Source: Candidatus Peribacteria bacterium (lineage in GTDB: Bacteria; Patescibacteriota; Gracilibacteria; UBA1369; 2-02-FULL-48-14). Taken from it: 64,000 nucleotides of DNA. The stretch's first letter is position 1. Every line of letters starts with the position of its first letter. The stretch covers positions 15,528-79,527 of the forward strand of contig CALRCE010000001.1 in assembly GCA_943354505.1 (NCBI GenBank), in the 5' to 3' direction. The notes beneath the pieces were generated by a model. The model made no database searches. It had not been told where the DNA came from and worked only from the letters and a program-made list of their open reading frames with translations. This document shows, one piece after another, positions 28,246 through 37,933 of the stretch. Made by a program: the position numbers and the translations under genes.

Positions 28246-29694
28246 ATGACCGTCGTCACTCGTTTCGCCCCTTCCCCCACCGGCTACCTACACGTGGGTG
28301 GTCTCCGCACCGCGCTCTACGCCTATCTTTTTGCCCGTCAAAACAAGGGCAAATTCATTTTGCGCATCGAGGACACGGATCAAAAACGTTACGTAGAAGG
28401 CGCCGTCGAAAGCTTGCAAAACGCCCTCAAATTCTTCGATCTCAACTGGGACGAAGGCCCCATTTTTCAATCGCATCGCACCGCGATTTACCAAAAATAC
28501 GCTCAGCAACTTTTAGAATCCGGTAAAGCCTACCGCTGTTTCTGCACCTCCGAAGAACTCGATGCCATGCGTGAACAACAAGCCAAACTCAAAATTGCTC
28601 CCAAATACGACCGCCGCTGCCTAGAGCTCGCTCCTGAAAAAACCGCAGAAAAGCTCGCCGCTGGAATCCCCTTCGTGATCCGCCAACTCATTCCTTACAA
28701 AGACATCGATTTCTTGGACACCATTCGTGGCGACATGCATTTTCACGGCAAAGACATCGACGACCAAGTCCTCATCAAATCCGACGGCCTGCCCACCTAT
28801 CACCTCGCCAACGTCGTGGACGACCACGAAATGGAAGTGACGCACGTGATCCGTGGCGAAGAATGGCTGCCTTCGACTCCCAAACATTTGTGGCTCTACG
28901 AAGCCTTTGGATGGACTCCTCCCATTTTCGCTCACCTCCCTCTGCTCCTCAATCCCGATCGCAGCAAACTCAGCAAACGCCAAGGCGACGTGGCCGCCGA
29001 AGATTTTGTGGCCAAAGGCTACCTCAAAGAAGCCATGATCAACTTCATCGCCTTCCTCGGATGGAACCCCGGCACCGAAGAAGAAATCTTCAGCCTCGAA
29101 GACCTGGTAAAGCGCTTCAGTCTAGACCGCGTCCAAAAGGCCGGTGCTGTTTTCAACCTCGAAAAATTGGATTGGCTGAATGCGCATTACCTCCGTGCAA
29201 AAACCACAAAAGAACTCACCGATCTCATTTTACCGCTCCTCCAAAAGGAATCCTGGTATTCAGACGCTCTCCCACAGAAATTTAGCGAGGCACAAAAAGA
29301 GAAAATCCTAAGCTCCGTTCAACTTCGCATGAAAACCCTGCTCGATGGACCTACGATGCTCCGCCCCTTCCTCCTCGACACCCTCGACTACAAACGCGAG
29401 CTCTTCTTCAGTGAGAAGATGAAAGTGGACGAAGCTACGGTCAAACTGGCCCTCGAAAATGCCATCCCCGCTCTCGAAGCCCTCGACAACTACGACGAAG
29501 AAGAAACCATCAAGGCTGCCCTAGTTGCCGTGATCGAAAAACTCGGCCTCAAGAATGGACAAGTCCTCTGGCCCCTTCGAGTCGCCCTCACCAACGAAGA
29601 GTATTCACCAGGTGTTTTTGAACTCTGCCGATTGATGGGAAAAGAGCTCACTCTGAAGCGCCTAAAAGCCACCCTGGAATTCTTTGCAGTTTAG
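28246..29694 (+). CDS. gltX: glutamate--tRNA ligase
   Basis: 482 aa. RFAPSPTGYLHVGGLRTAL (HIGH region), KLSKRQG (KMSKS), and a class I GluRS layout. Confidence 0.95.
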   Translation: MTVVTRFAPSPTGYLHVGGLRTALYAYLFARQNKGKFILRIEDTDQKRYVEGAVESLQNALKFFDLNWDEGPIFQSHRTAIYQKYAQQLLESGKAYRCFCTSEELDAMREQQAKLKIAPKYDRRCLELAPEKTAEKLAAGIPFVIRQLIPYKDIDFLDTIRGDMHFHGKDIDDQVLIKSDGLPTYHLANVVDDHEMEVTHVIRGEEWLPSTPKHLWLYEAFGWTPPIFAHLPLLLNPDRSKLSKRQGDVAAEDFVAKGYLKEAMINFIAFLGWNPGTEEEIFSLEDLVKRFSLDRVQKAGAVFNLEKLDWLNAHYLRAKTTKELTDLILPLLQKESWYSDALPQKFSEAQKEKILSSVQLRMKTLLDGPTMLRPFLLDTLDYKRELFFSEKMKVDEATVKLALENAIPALEALDNYDEEETIKAALVAVIEKLGLKNGQVLWPLRVALTNEEYSPGVFELCRLMGKELTLKRLKATLEFFAV

Positions 29695-29706
29695 TTACGG
29701 GTTAGG

Positions 29707-29730
29707 AATCCTCCCCGGGGAGGATTTTAC
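29707..29730 (+). terminator. intrinsic terminator after gltX
   Basis: 20-nt perfect palindrome AATCCTCCCCGGGGAGGATT (29707-29726) running into TTTT. Confidence 0.6.
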
Positions 29731-29739
29731 AGGTTCAAA

Positions 29740-29767
29740 TTGACAAATTTTGCGAAGAGGGTATACT
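29740..29767 (+). promoter_or_regulatory. candidate promoter TTGACA-N16-TATACT
   Basis: -35 at 29740-29745 and -10 at 29762-29767, 25 nt upstream of ATG 29793. Confidence 0.5.
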
Positions 29768-29792
29768 AAATACAGGTTTAACCCAAAGCTCA

Positions 29793-30572
29793 ATGACACA
29801 CGCAACAGGTCATGACGGAGATGAAGAAACGCCAAAACCTCAAACAGACGTAGAAAAAGGGGCCGCTTTGACAAAAGAAGCATTAGCAAACCCTGAAGTC
29901 CAAGGAAAGGTAAAGATGGTCTTGGTTGAAGGTGGACTTGCGCTTAAAAAACGCGCCGAGACTCCTGGAACAAGACAGGCTTTGGCAAAGAAGCTTCTCG
30001 ACGCAATGACCGCAGAAGAACAAACAAAATTCATTGAAAACACACACACCTGGACTCATAACGCCAAAGAATTCATGCTGGACCGCCTCACAGTGGGAAT
30101 TCGCCCTCTATGGAAATTAGCCGCACCCAGCATCCTACCTGAAGAGTGGGCAACCATTGAAAGCTTTAAAGAAGAAGAAATCAAAGGGTATATCGCTCTC
30201 GGAGCTATGGACGTAGAAGAAAGTGTCGCCAAACTGGTGGACACGGATCTGAAAGATAAAGCAAAAATGCTAAAAGTGATAGGATGGCTCTGCAATCTGA
30301 TTCCAGAGATTGGAGTAGAGCTTGCCGAAATCATTGGAACCATCGCTCACCTTGCTGAAGCTCCCGCTGCCTTCCTCGAAAAAGTACTTCCCGAAGTGCG
30401 TGAAGCGGTACGAAACGGTGGAATTGTAGGCGAAACAATCACAGCAGAAAGGGGGGAAATAAATGCAACCGTCCCACCCAGCCTAAAATTGATCAATACA
30501 CCTCCAGAGACGAAAGCGCCCAAACCAGTTGTGGGTCCAAGCACAGCTGCTGCGATCAAAAAAGCAGCCTAA
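29793..30572 (+). CDS. hypothetical protein (259 aa)
   Basis: ATG ORF behind a good promoter. Helical, Lys/Glu/Ala-rich, no motif recognised. Confidence 0.6.
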   Translation: MTHATGHDGDEETPKPQTDVEKGAALTKEALANPEVQGKVKMVLVEGGLALKKRAETPGTRQALAKKLLDAMTAEEQTKFIENTHTWTHNAKEFMLDRLTVGIRPLWKLAAPSILPEEWATIESFKEEEIKGYIALGAMDVEESVAKLVDTDLKDKAKMLKVIGWLCNLIPEIGVELAEIIGTIAHLAEAPAAFLEKVLPEVREAVRNGGIVGETITAERGEINATVPPSLKLINTPPETKAPKPVVGPSTAAAIKKAA

Positions 30573-30649
30573 ACGGCTCAGTTTTAAAGAAAGACTGGAA
30601 ACAATTCCCCTTTTATCCTAAAATGAGGTCACTCTAAAAGAGAAACTGA

Positions 30650-30985
30650 ATGAATTTTCATGACCTTCGCATCATCGTCAGTCAGATCAAAAAGACTTTA
30701 AAGTGCCCCAAATGCACCGGCAAGTACATTGATGAAGACATCGAACTGATCGGAAGCCTGGGCGACGAACAGATTTTTTTCCACGCTTGGTGCTCTGAAT
30801 GCGAGACTCAATCCGTCATCAACGTACAAGTGGACCCTCAAATGTTCTACGGTCCCCTGCCAAAGCTCGGAAGTGCCCCCCGCATGGGTCATGTGAGCGC
30901 CAATGAAGTTTTGGACATGCACAACTTCCTCAAGAGCTTCAACGGAGACTTCGACAAAATGTTCGATCAAGAGTCCAAATCTTAA
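30650..30985 (+). CDS. hypothetical zinc-ribbon protein (111 aa)
   Basis: CPKCTG ...(33 aa)... CSECE forms a four-Cys pair arrangement. Confidence 0.55.
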   Translation: MNFHDLRIIVSQIKKTLKCPKCTGKYIDEDIELIGSLGDEQIFFHAWCSECETQSVINVQVDPQMFYGPLPKLGSAPRMGHVSANEVLDMHNFLKSFNGDFDKMFDQESKS

Positions 30986-31000
30986 AAGTTTCACCACGCC

Positions 31001-31258
31001 ATGAAAACTTTCCTCCTCGCCACGCTCCTTCTGCTCGCTCTTTCAGGTTGCGACAAGTTTGAAACCGTCAAAAAAGAAACCACGGAGGCAGTAGATAACC
31101 TGCAAAATGAAGCCAGCGAGCTCAAAGAAGGCGTGGATGAAAAAGTGGAGCAAGTGAATGGAGCCGTAGAATCGGTGAACAATGCCATGGAATCCGTCAA
31201 CAACGCGGTGGAGGACGTGAACAACGCCGTCCAAAACGTGAAGTCGATAACCAATTAA
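31001..31258 (+). CDS. small lipoprotein with heptad repeats
   Basis: Lipobox LSGC. Repeats VESVNNA/MESVNNA/VEDVNNA/VQNV. Confidence 0.6.
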   Translation: MKTFLLATLLLLALSGCDKFETVKKETTEAVDNLQNEASELKEGVDEKVEQVNGAVESVNNAMESVNNAVEDVNNAVQNVKSITN

Positions 31259-31259
31259 G

Positions 31260-32192
31260 ATGGATTTCTTAAGTCCCCTCTACGAACGCGCTCGGCAAAA
31301 CCCCAAGCGCATCGTGTTTGCCGAAGGCACCGAACCACGAGTTTTGGAGGCCGCAGCCGAACTCAAAAAACAAGGGCTCTGCACCCCGATCTTGCTAGAA
31401 AATCCAGAAGCTCATCCAAAGTTTCAAGCCCACATTCAGCGTTTCCAAGAACTGCGTGGCAGCACAGTAGAAGAAGCCACCGAGAAAATGAAAAATCCGC
31501 ACTATTTTGCCACCATGCTGCTGCACGAAGGCGAAGCGGACGGAATGATCGCCGGCCCCACCGCCCCTTCCAAAGAACGCATCTTGCCGGCTCTTGAACT
31601 GATCAAAACCAAGATCGAACACCACCGCGTGTCCGGAGCCATGATCATGATTCTGCCCGAAACTGTGGACCCGGATGCCGCCAATGGAGGAGTCCTACTT
31701 TTTGCCGATTGTGCCGTGAACATTGAACCCACGGTGGAAGTGCTCGCCCAAATTGCCAGCGACACGGCAGACACGGCTTCACACCTGGGGTTGGATCCAA
31801 AAATCGCCCTCCTCTCCTTTTCAACCGCCGGCTCAACCGAGCATCCCCTGACTAAAAAAATGCGCGACGCCGCAGACTTGATCAAACACCAGCGCCCCGA
31901 TCTTGCGGTGGAAGGAGAAATGCAAGTGGACACCGCACTCATGGACGAAGTCGCCGCCCTCAAAGACCCCGGCTCGCCCATTGCCGGTCACGCCAATGTT
32001 TTAATTTTCCCCGACTTGGAAGCCGGCAACATCGGCTACAAACTCGTGGAACGGCTCGCCGGTGCCACCGTGATCGGCCCCATTTTGCAAGGACTCAAAA
32101 AACCCATGAACGAAGTCTCGCGCGGAAGCACGAGCCAAGACATTTTCAACCTCGCAGTTTTCACCTGTATCCAAGCCCAACTACCAGCGTAG
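31260..32192 (+). CDS. pta: phosphate acetyltransferase (short PTA_PTB form)
   Basis: 310 aa. RIVFAEGTEPRVLEAAAELKKQGLCTPILL, ADCAVN, PDLEAGNIGYKL. Confidence 0.9.
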   Translation: MDFLSPLYERARQNPKRIVFAEGTEPRVLEAAAELKKQGLCTPILLENPEAHPKFQAHIQRFQELRGSTVEEATEKMKNPHYFATMLLHEGEADGMIAGPTAPSKERILPALELIKTKIEHHRVSGAMIMILPETVDPDAANGGVLLFADCAVNIEPTVEVLAQIASDTADTASHLGLDPKIALLSFSTAGSTEHPLTKKMRDAADLIKHQRPDLAVEGEMQVDTALMDEVAALKDPGSPIAGHANVLIFPDLEAGNIGYKLVERLAGATVIGPILQGLKKPMNEVSRGSTSQDIFNLAVFTCIQAQLPA

Positions 32193-34547
32193 CACCTTCA
32201 CCTCTTCGGGATCGTCCCCGACTTCGCAAATGTACTTTTGATGGTCGGCGATTTTCTGAGTGAGCATCTTGATGAGAGCATCCTTCTTTTTCGCGACGGC
32301 TTTGTTGGTCTTGGAAGCTTGGCGAATCATGTCCATGGACAAGTGATAAAAGTCCACTTCATTGGTGACCTTCAAATCAAAAGGCGTGGTGGTGGAACCG
32401 CGTTCTTGGTAGCCGTGAATGCTGATGCGCTTGGAACTGGCGAAGGGCCACAAGATTTGCTCCATGTCGTTGGTGTAGCCATGATAGTTGATCACCACCG
32501 GTTTATCGTCCGTGAAGAATTCGGTGACCGTCTCCTGACTCATTTCCGCATGATGCGTGGAACAGAAATCGCCCATACAAAGCCCTGTGACTTCCGAAAT
32601 ATTCACGTAACGCACCTTCATTTCAGGAACCAATTCCTTACACAATTTCACGGCGTGCAAAGCTTCTTGAGTCATATAGTCTCCCGCTGAAGCCAAGACC
32701 ACATCTGGATTCTTCGTCCCTTCTTTGCCACCCACCCATTCCCAAATTCCAATCCCCCGCTTGGCTTGCTCACGAGCCTCCGCCAAGGTGAGCCACTGAG
32801 GTACTTCGCGCTTATCCGCGACCAAAACATTGATGGTGTTGGGACGCGTATAAGCCTGTTCCAAAGCCACTAAAAAGCTGTTCGCATCGGCAGGATAGTA
32901 TACACGGCAGAACTCTCCATGCTTTTGCAAAACGTTGCTCACGAAGCTGGGGTTCTGATGCGAGTAACCGTTGTGTTCCTGCCTCCAACCCACGCTCGCA
33001 AGGTGGTAAACAAGAGGTGGAACCGGCTTGCGCCACTCAATTTTGAAACTCTGCTTGAGGAACTTCGCATACTGATCCACCATGCTCGCAATGATGATGA
33101 GAAAGGCTTCGTAACTGGAAAAGAATCCATAACGCCCCGTGAGGGTGTAGCCCATCATCCACGCTTGAAGTGTGTGCTCCGAAAGCATTTCCAAAATCCG
33201 CCCATCCGCCTGCATGTTTTCGTCATTCTTATTGAGCGGCCATTGATAGCCACGTCCCGTCACTTCAAAAGGAGCCTTGATCATATTGGAAATGAGTTCG
33301 TCGGGACAGAAAATACGGAAGGTTTTGGGATTGAGTTTGATCACATCACGCAAAAATTCTCCACCCACGGGCGTGCTTCCCGATTGAATGGCTCCACGTT
33401 TTTTGACCTTCAAGGCAAACTTGCTGAGCGCCGGCATTTTGAGGGGCTGCATCATGTTTCCGCCAATGGCGTGCTTGCACATTCCAATGCGTTTGGAGCC
33501 AGTCGGCACAAATTCCAAGAGCTCCGGTTTTGGACGACCTTGAGCGTCCACCAATTCTTTAATCTTGTACATTTTGAGCCACGATTCAATGGCCTTTCGA
33601 GCCACAGGATCGGTTTTAGGGTGATCCACAGGCACTCCATGCGCGTGGAAAGAACCTTCCACATGATGCCCTTTAAAATTCTTAAGCCCCTTCCAACCCT
33701 TGGGGGAACGGAGCAAAATCACCGGCCACTTGGGTTTCAAATAGGGTTTCTTTGAAGCGCGCGCTTTCTTTTGAATCGCACGGATTTTTTGGTAGGCCTT
33801 CTCCATGGTTTCCATCATTTTCTTCTCCAAATTCGGCGCCTCCACAATCATGGGTTCATAACCATAACCTGTGAACAAAGCCTTGAGCTCCGCATCGTCC
33901 ATGCGGCCAAACAAAGTGGGATTCGAAATCTTGTATCCATTGATGTGCACAATGGGCAGCACCGCACCCGAAACACGCGGATTCAAAAACTTATTGCTAT
34001 GCCACGCCGCCGCAATCGGACCCGTCTCCGCTTCTCCATCCCCCACAATCGCCACGGCAATCAAATTCGGATTGTCCATCACCGCTCCGTACGCCGTCGC
34101 CAAACTATAACCCAATTCCCCTCCTTCCAAAATGGACCCCGGAACACCCGGTGTCACGTGGCTCGGAAACTTTGTGTGAGGCCAAGAAAAATCATGGATG
34201 AGTTGTCCCATTCCTTGCGCATTGCGAGGATAAGCAGGGTAGACATCTCCCATGGTTTTTTCGGCAAACAAGTTCGCCAAAATCGCAGGCGCTCCGTGAC
34301 CAGGTCCCGTCACGATGAGCATTTCACAGGCGTGCTTCCAGACCAAATAATTGAGGTTCGCATAAATAAAATTAATGCCCGGCACGGTTCCCCAGTGACC
34401 CAGAATTCGGATCTTGATGTCGTCGGGTTCCAACTTTTTTTCGAGAAAATAATTGTCCTTCAAATAAAGCTGTGCCGCTCCAAGGTAGTCGACGAAGCGC
34501 AAGTATTTTGAAAGCCACTTGAGGGCTTTTTGATCCGTTTTGGTCAT
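32181..34547 (-). CDS. xfp: xylulose-5-phosphate/fructose-6-phosphate phosphoketolase
   Basis: XFP signatures: YLRFVDYLGAAQLYLKDN, GHWGTVPG, GPGHGAPA, GDGEAETGP. The track start GTG 34580 is less likely than ATG 34547. The 3' end overlaps pta by 12 nt (convergent). Confidence 0.95.
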   Translation of the reverse strand: MTKTDQKALKWLSKYLRFVDYLGAAQLYLKDNYFLEKKLEPDDIKIRILGHWGTVPGINFIYANLNYLVWKHACEMLIVTGPGHGAPAILANLFAEKTMGDVYPAYPRNAQGMGQLIHDFSWPHTKFPSHVTPGVPGSILEGGELGYSLATAYGAVMDNPNLIAVAIVGDGEAETGPIAAAWHSNKFLNPRVSGAVLPIVHINGYKISNPTLFGRMDDAELKALFTGYGYEPMIVEAPNLEKKMMETMEKAYQKIRAIQKKARASKKPYLKPKWPVILLRSPKGWKGLKNFKGHHVEGSFHAHGVPVDHPKTDPVARKAIESWLKMYKIKELVDAQGRPKPELLEFVPTGSKRIGMCKHAIGGNMMQPLKMPALSKFALKVKKRGAIQSGSTPVGGEFLRDVIKLNPKTFRIFCPDELISNMIKAPFEVTGRGYQWPLNKNDENMQADGRILEMLSEHTLQAWMMGYTLTGRYGFFSSYEAFLIIIASMVDQYAKFLKQSFKIEWRKPVPPLVYHLASVGWRQEHNGYSHQNPSFVSNVLQKHGEFCRVYYPADANSFLVALEQAYTRPNTINVLVADKREVPQWLTLAEAREQAKRGIGIWEWVGGKEGTKNPDVVLASAGDYMTQEALHAVKLCKELVPEMKVRYVNISEVTGLCMGDFCSTHHAEMSQETVTEFFTDDKPVVINYHGYTNDMEQILWPFASSKRISIHGYQERGSTTTPFDLKVTNEVDFYHLSMDMIRQASKTNKAVAKKKDALIKMLTQKIADHQKYICEVGDDPEEVKVLRW

Positions 34548-34585
34548 GGCGTGTGACGTGAAAGAGTGGAACAGATTCACTTTAT

Positions 34586-34604
34586 CTCAAAGATAATCTT
34601 TGAG
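34586..34604. promoter_or_regulatory. 19-nt perfect palindrome CTCAAAGAT-A-ATCTTTGAG in the xfp/ackA divergent intergenic region (candidate operator)
   Basis: Read directly from the sequence. It is centred between the two start codons (34547 and 34659). Confidence 0.35.
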
Positions 34605-34658
34605 CAAAAGAATATGATTTTGCAAACCCTCTTCCGATTTCCCAACAAAACTCTTACA

Positions 34659-35825
34659 ATGAATTCACAAACCACGCTAATGTCCATTCTCGTTCTCAAT
34701 GCCGGATCTTCATCGTTGCGCTTTTGCGTGTTCAATAAAAATTTAGAAAAAATCTACAAAGGACACATCGACGCCATCGGACAAAAGCACTGTCTCTACC
34801 GCCACTACCTCCCCACCGGCGAAGAACAAATTCAGATCAAAGCAAGGAACCACAAAGCTGCCATCCACTATGTGCTCAAAGCGCTGACAAAACATGGCAT
34901 CGTCAAAGACTTGAGTTCCATAAAAAAAGTCGGCCATCGTGTGGTGCACGGCGGAGAAAAATTCACCCAACCTTTGCTCATCAACGCAAAAAATCTCAAA
35001 GAACTCAGTGCCCTCGCCCCGCTCGCGCCGCTGCACAATCCCGCCAACATCGAAACGCTCAAGGCCTGCCTCAAAGCTCTGCCCAAAGCAAAACACGTGG
35101 CCGTCTTCGACACGGCTTTTCACAGCACTCTGCCATCCAAAGCCTTCCTCTACGGCCTGCCCTACGAGCTCTACGAAAAGGAGCACCTCAGACGCTACGG
35201 CTTTCACGGAACCAGTCACAAATACGTGAGCGGAGTCGCCACCAAGCTGCTCAAAAAACCTTCAGCCAAACTCCTCACTTGCCACATTGGGAACGGAGTC
35301 AGTATCGCCGCCATCCAAAAAGGAATCTGTCTAGACACCACCATGGGCTACACCCCCTTGGAAGGACCTCTCATGGGCACGCGCAGCGGCACCGTGGATC
35401 CGGGCCTCGTTCTCGAACTCGTCAAAAAAAGAGGCCTCAAAAAAACAGAGCAGCTGCTCCAAAAAGAATCCGGATTCAAAGGACTCTCTGGACTCGGCTC
35501 CGACGTTCGTACCTTATGGGCTCAGCCCAAACATCCCGGAACGCTGCGCACCTTCGAAGTCTTCAGCTATCAAATGGCTAAACTCCTGTGCAGCAACTTT
35601 GCAACGCTGAGCGGCCTTCCCGACGCCATTGTCTTCACCGCGGGCATTGGAGAAAACGCCTACTACCTCCGCAAGCAAATCCTAGACTACTTAAAACCTT
35701 TTGGCTTCGTGCTCGACGAGAAAGCCAACAAAGCAAACAAACTCGTGATTTCAAGTACCAAATCAAAAATCAAAGCCTTCGTCATTCCCACTGAAGAAGA
35801 ACTCCAAATCGCAAGAGAACTTTAG
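34659..35825 (+). CDS. ackA: acetate kinase
   Basis: LVLNAGSSSLRF, RYGFHGTSHKY, TCHIGNGVSIAA, FTAGIGENA. The track start GTG 34566 adds 31 non-conserved residues. I prefer ATG 34659, with ATG 34680 also possible. Confidence 0.93.
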   Translation: MNSQTTLMSILVLNAGSSSLRFCVFNKNLEKIYKGHIDAIGQKHCLYRHYLPTGEEQIQIKARNHKAAIHYVLKALTKHGIVKDLSSIKKVGHRVVHGGEKFTQPLLINAKNLKELSALAPLAPLHNPANIETLKACLKALPKAKHVAVFDTAFHSTLPSKAFLYGLPYELYEKEHLRRYGFHGTSHKYVSGVATKLLKKPSAKLLTCHIGNGVSIAAIQKGICLDTTMGYTPLEGPLMGTRSGTVDPGLVLELVKKRGLKKTEQLLQKESGFKGLSGLGSDVRTLWAQPKHPGTLRTFEVFSYQMAKLLCSNFATLSGLPDAIVFTAGIGENAYYLRKQILDYLKPFGFVLDEKANKANKLVISSTKSKIKAFVIPTEEELQIAREL

Positions 35826-35827
35826 TC

Positions 35828-37816
35828 CTACTCAGTAAACGTAATTTCGTAGAGCGCTGTTTCTGTCGTCAACATCAAAACATTCCGAGTTTGATCGATG
35901 TAAATGTCCGTGATGTCCCCTTTCAAGGTGTCAAAGACATACTGAGAAGAGTAAGTCAGATCGTTGGTCTTGGTGCTCTTGTCGTAGACCAAGACACGCT
36001 TGGCCTTGGCATCCAAAACGTAGAGGCGCGTCGTGGACAAATCCGTGAGCACACGCACGCCACTTTCCATCTCAGTCAAAGGAGCTTTTTTGATGGTGTA
36101 GGTCACAGGATCTCCGGCAAAATATTGCAACAAGGTTCCATCGCTCTTCAGGATCCAAACCTTTCCGTCCACTGCAATCGAAGTGGCTCCGGTGAGGTCT
36201 TGACCTTCAGGCAAGTAAGCCTGTGCCCCACCGTAACCCGTGTTTCCTTTTTGATACTTCCACACTTGGTTGCTGGCAGGATCGAGAATGTAGATTTTGT
36301 TGGAGTACGTGGCCACATCCACTCCAGACTTCCACTGCACATCGGAAGTGTCTGCAAACTGACTGTTGCCTTCCGTGTATTCTAAAAGTTTTCCGCCAAA
36401 AGTCAGAAGCACCACGGCGTTGTAATCGGAGAAGGACCGAGCGGCAATCACCTTTTCACCACTTTCCAAAGTGTCAGGGTCTTGCACCTGATCGGTTAAA
36501 ACTTGAAAAGCCTGAGAGTCCGTGAAGACCACGAGTTTGTCGTTGTGATTTTCAACTCCAATAATTTGGGTACCAGAGCTCATTTTTGCACTAAAGTCAG
36601 CGACCAAAGTGAGCTCGTCATCCACATGAAACACGTTGTCGAGGAAGTCTCTTTGCTCATCAATATCGTCTAAAACCTGGCTGGCGTCGGACCCCAAGTA
36701 ACCAGAATCCAAAACCTCCACCGCCAAGGTCTGAGCTCCATCCAAAAGAACCGCCGCTTCTGCCTTATCGAAGGTGCCTTTTGTCGAAGCTAAAGTTACA
36801 TTTTCTTCCGCTTGATCCAACTTCGCCTGCAAATCATTGATCTTTTTTTGTTCTCCCAAAGTCTGCTGCAAGATCAAAGTGCCTGCGACGACCACCACAA
36901 ACAAAACGAGAATCGCACTGAGCAGTTTTCGCTTCTCCCAAGCACGAACCTTACCAAGAGCGGCAAAGCGATCTTGCCTCAAAGCAAAGCCACGCAACCG
37001 TTCAATCGCTTGAGCCAAATGTTCTTTCGCCTTTTTTTTGGAAGAAAGAACCGGCACATCGTCTTCTTCGAGATCCATCTTGGCATGAGAAGCCATTTGG
37101 TCCTCTTCTTCCTCATCACCCATCTTTTGGGTCGCCACGGCCGGACGAAGTTCTTCGGTTTTCTCTAAAACTTCAAGACTGAGCATCGCCATTTGATCTT
37201 CGACATCATGACGCAGGAGGTGCTCCAATTCTTTAGTCGCCTCGTCCAAAGTTTGTTCGGAGAAGATTTTCGCCAAATCCGTAGGAGTCACGTATTGCAC
37301 GAGAGGTCCGGTCACAAACACAACGTTGTCCCCCACTTCCAAAACTCCACTCGCAATATTCTGAAAAAGGTCTTCTTTGTTCTTTTCGTCAAACAATCCT
37401 TCGGTGATGGAGCTCACATGGCGCTTGCGAAGCAAGTAACCATGCGCTTCTCCACGTTGAGAAATGAACAAGTAATCTTTCTGTACCACTCCAATCAGCA
37501 CGTGCACATTGGGCATGAACTTCACGTCCAGCTCTTTTTCTTTTTCGAGCGCCATGTGGTTGATTTCACGCAAGGCGTTTTCAAAACGTTCGTAAGGGTC
37601 GCCCGCCAAATCATCCAAAAAGTGATCTTGAAGGAGTTGAAAGGCCTCTTTAGCCAATTCCGCAGAAGGCACTTGAGTGCTGGCCACCGAAATCAAAAGG
37701 AAGAGGGCAATCTTTTCTTTACCGAGCCCGTCGTCCCATTCGGTGTAGTAATGCTCAGTGAAGCCGAGAGGTCGTCGTCCCAACAAGAGAGACTGTTGTT
37801 GTAGTTGTAGAAACAT
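35828..37816 (-). CDS. hypothetical single-pass membrane protein (cytoplasmic ~290 aa, TM, beta-rich ~330-aa outer domain)
   Basis: 662 aa. TM segment LLSAILVLFVVVVAGTLIL. The C-terminal half is rich in short beta-strand repeats. No catalytic motif recognised. Confidence 0.65.
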   Translation of the reverse strand: MFLQLQQQSLLLGRRPLGFTEHYYTEWDDGLGKEKIALFLLISVASTQVPSAELAKEAFQLLQDHFLDDLAGDPYERFENALREINHMALEKEKELDVKFMPNVHVLIGVVQKDYLFISQRGEAHGYLLRKRHVSSITEGLFDEKNKEDLFQNIASGVLEVGDNVVFVTGPLVQYVTPTDLAKIFSEQTLDEATKELEHLLRHDVEDQMAMLSLEVLEKTEELRPAVATQKMGDEEEEDQMASHAKMDLEEDDVPVLSSKKKAKEHLAQAIERLRGFALRQDRFAALGKVRAWEKRKLLSAILVLFVVVVAGTLILQQTLGEQKKINDLQAKLDQAEENVTLASTKGTFDKAEAAVLLDGAQTLAVEVLDSGYLGSDASQVLDDIDEQRDFLDNVFHVDDELTLVADFSAKMSSGTQIIGVENHNDKLVVFTDSQAFQVLTDQVQDPDTLESGEKVIAARSFSDYNAVVLLTFGGKLLEYTEGNSQFADTSDVQWKSGVDVATYSNKIYILDPASNQVWKYQKGNTGYGGAQAYLPEGQDLTGATSIAVDGKVWILKSDGTLLQYFAGDPVTYTIKKAPLTEMESGVRVLTDLSTTRLYVLDAKAKRVLVYDKSTKTNDLTYSSQYVFDTLKGDITDIYIDQTRNVLMLTTETALYEITFTE

Positions 37817-37843
37817 AGTGAGAGTACCGTTTGATTGTGCTGT

Positions 37844-37872
37844 ATATTACCTAGAATGAATCTGTAAGGCAA
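37844..37872 (-). promoter_or_regulatory. candidate promoter TTGCCT-N17-TAATAT for 35828..37816
   Basis: On the minus strand, -35 is at 37872-37867 and -10 at 37849-37844. Confidence 0.45.
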
Positions 37873-37877
37873 GCAAC

Positions 37878-37906
37878 TTGAAAAAACGGGGACTTTCGCC
37901 TAAAGT
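37878..37906 (+). promoter_or_regulatory. candidate promoter TTGAAA-N17-TAAAGT for 37934..38989
   Basis: -35 at 37878-37883 and -10 at 37901-37906. It sits back-to-back with the minus-strand promoter. Confidence 0.45.
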
Positions 37907-37933
37907 GGCATCTTAATTCCAACACACGAAAAG

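Noticed and set aside
31090-31240. 21-nt periodic DNA repeat
   Set aside because: It reflects heptad amino-acid repeats (VESVNNA-type) inside a small lipoprotein gene. It is neither a CRISPR array nor a non-coding tandem repeat.
32919-34511. 278-aa and 246-aa plus-strand ORFs inside the phosphoketolase gene
   Set aside because: They are shadow frames of a gene with unmistakable XFP motifs.
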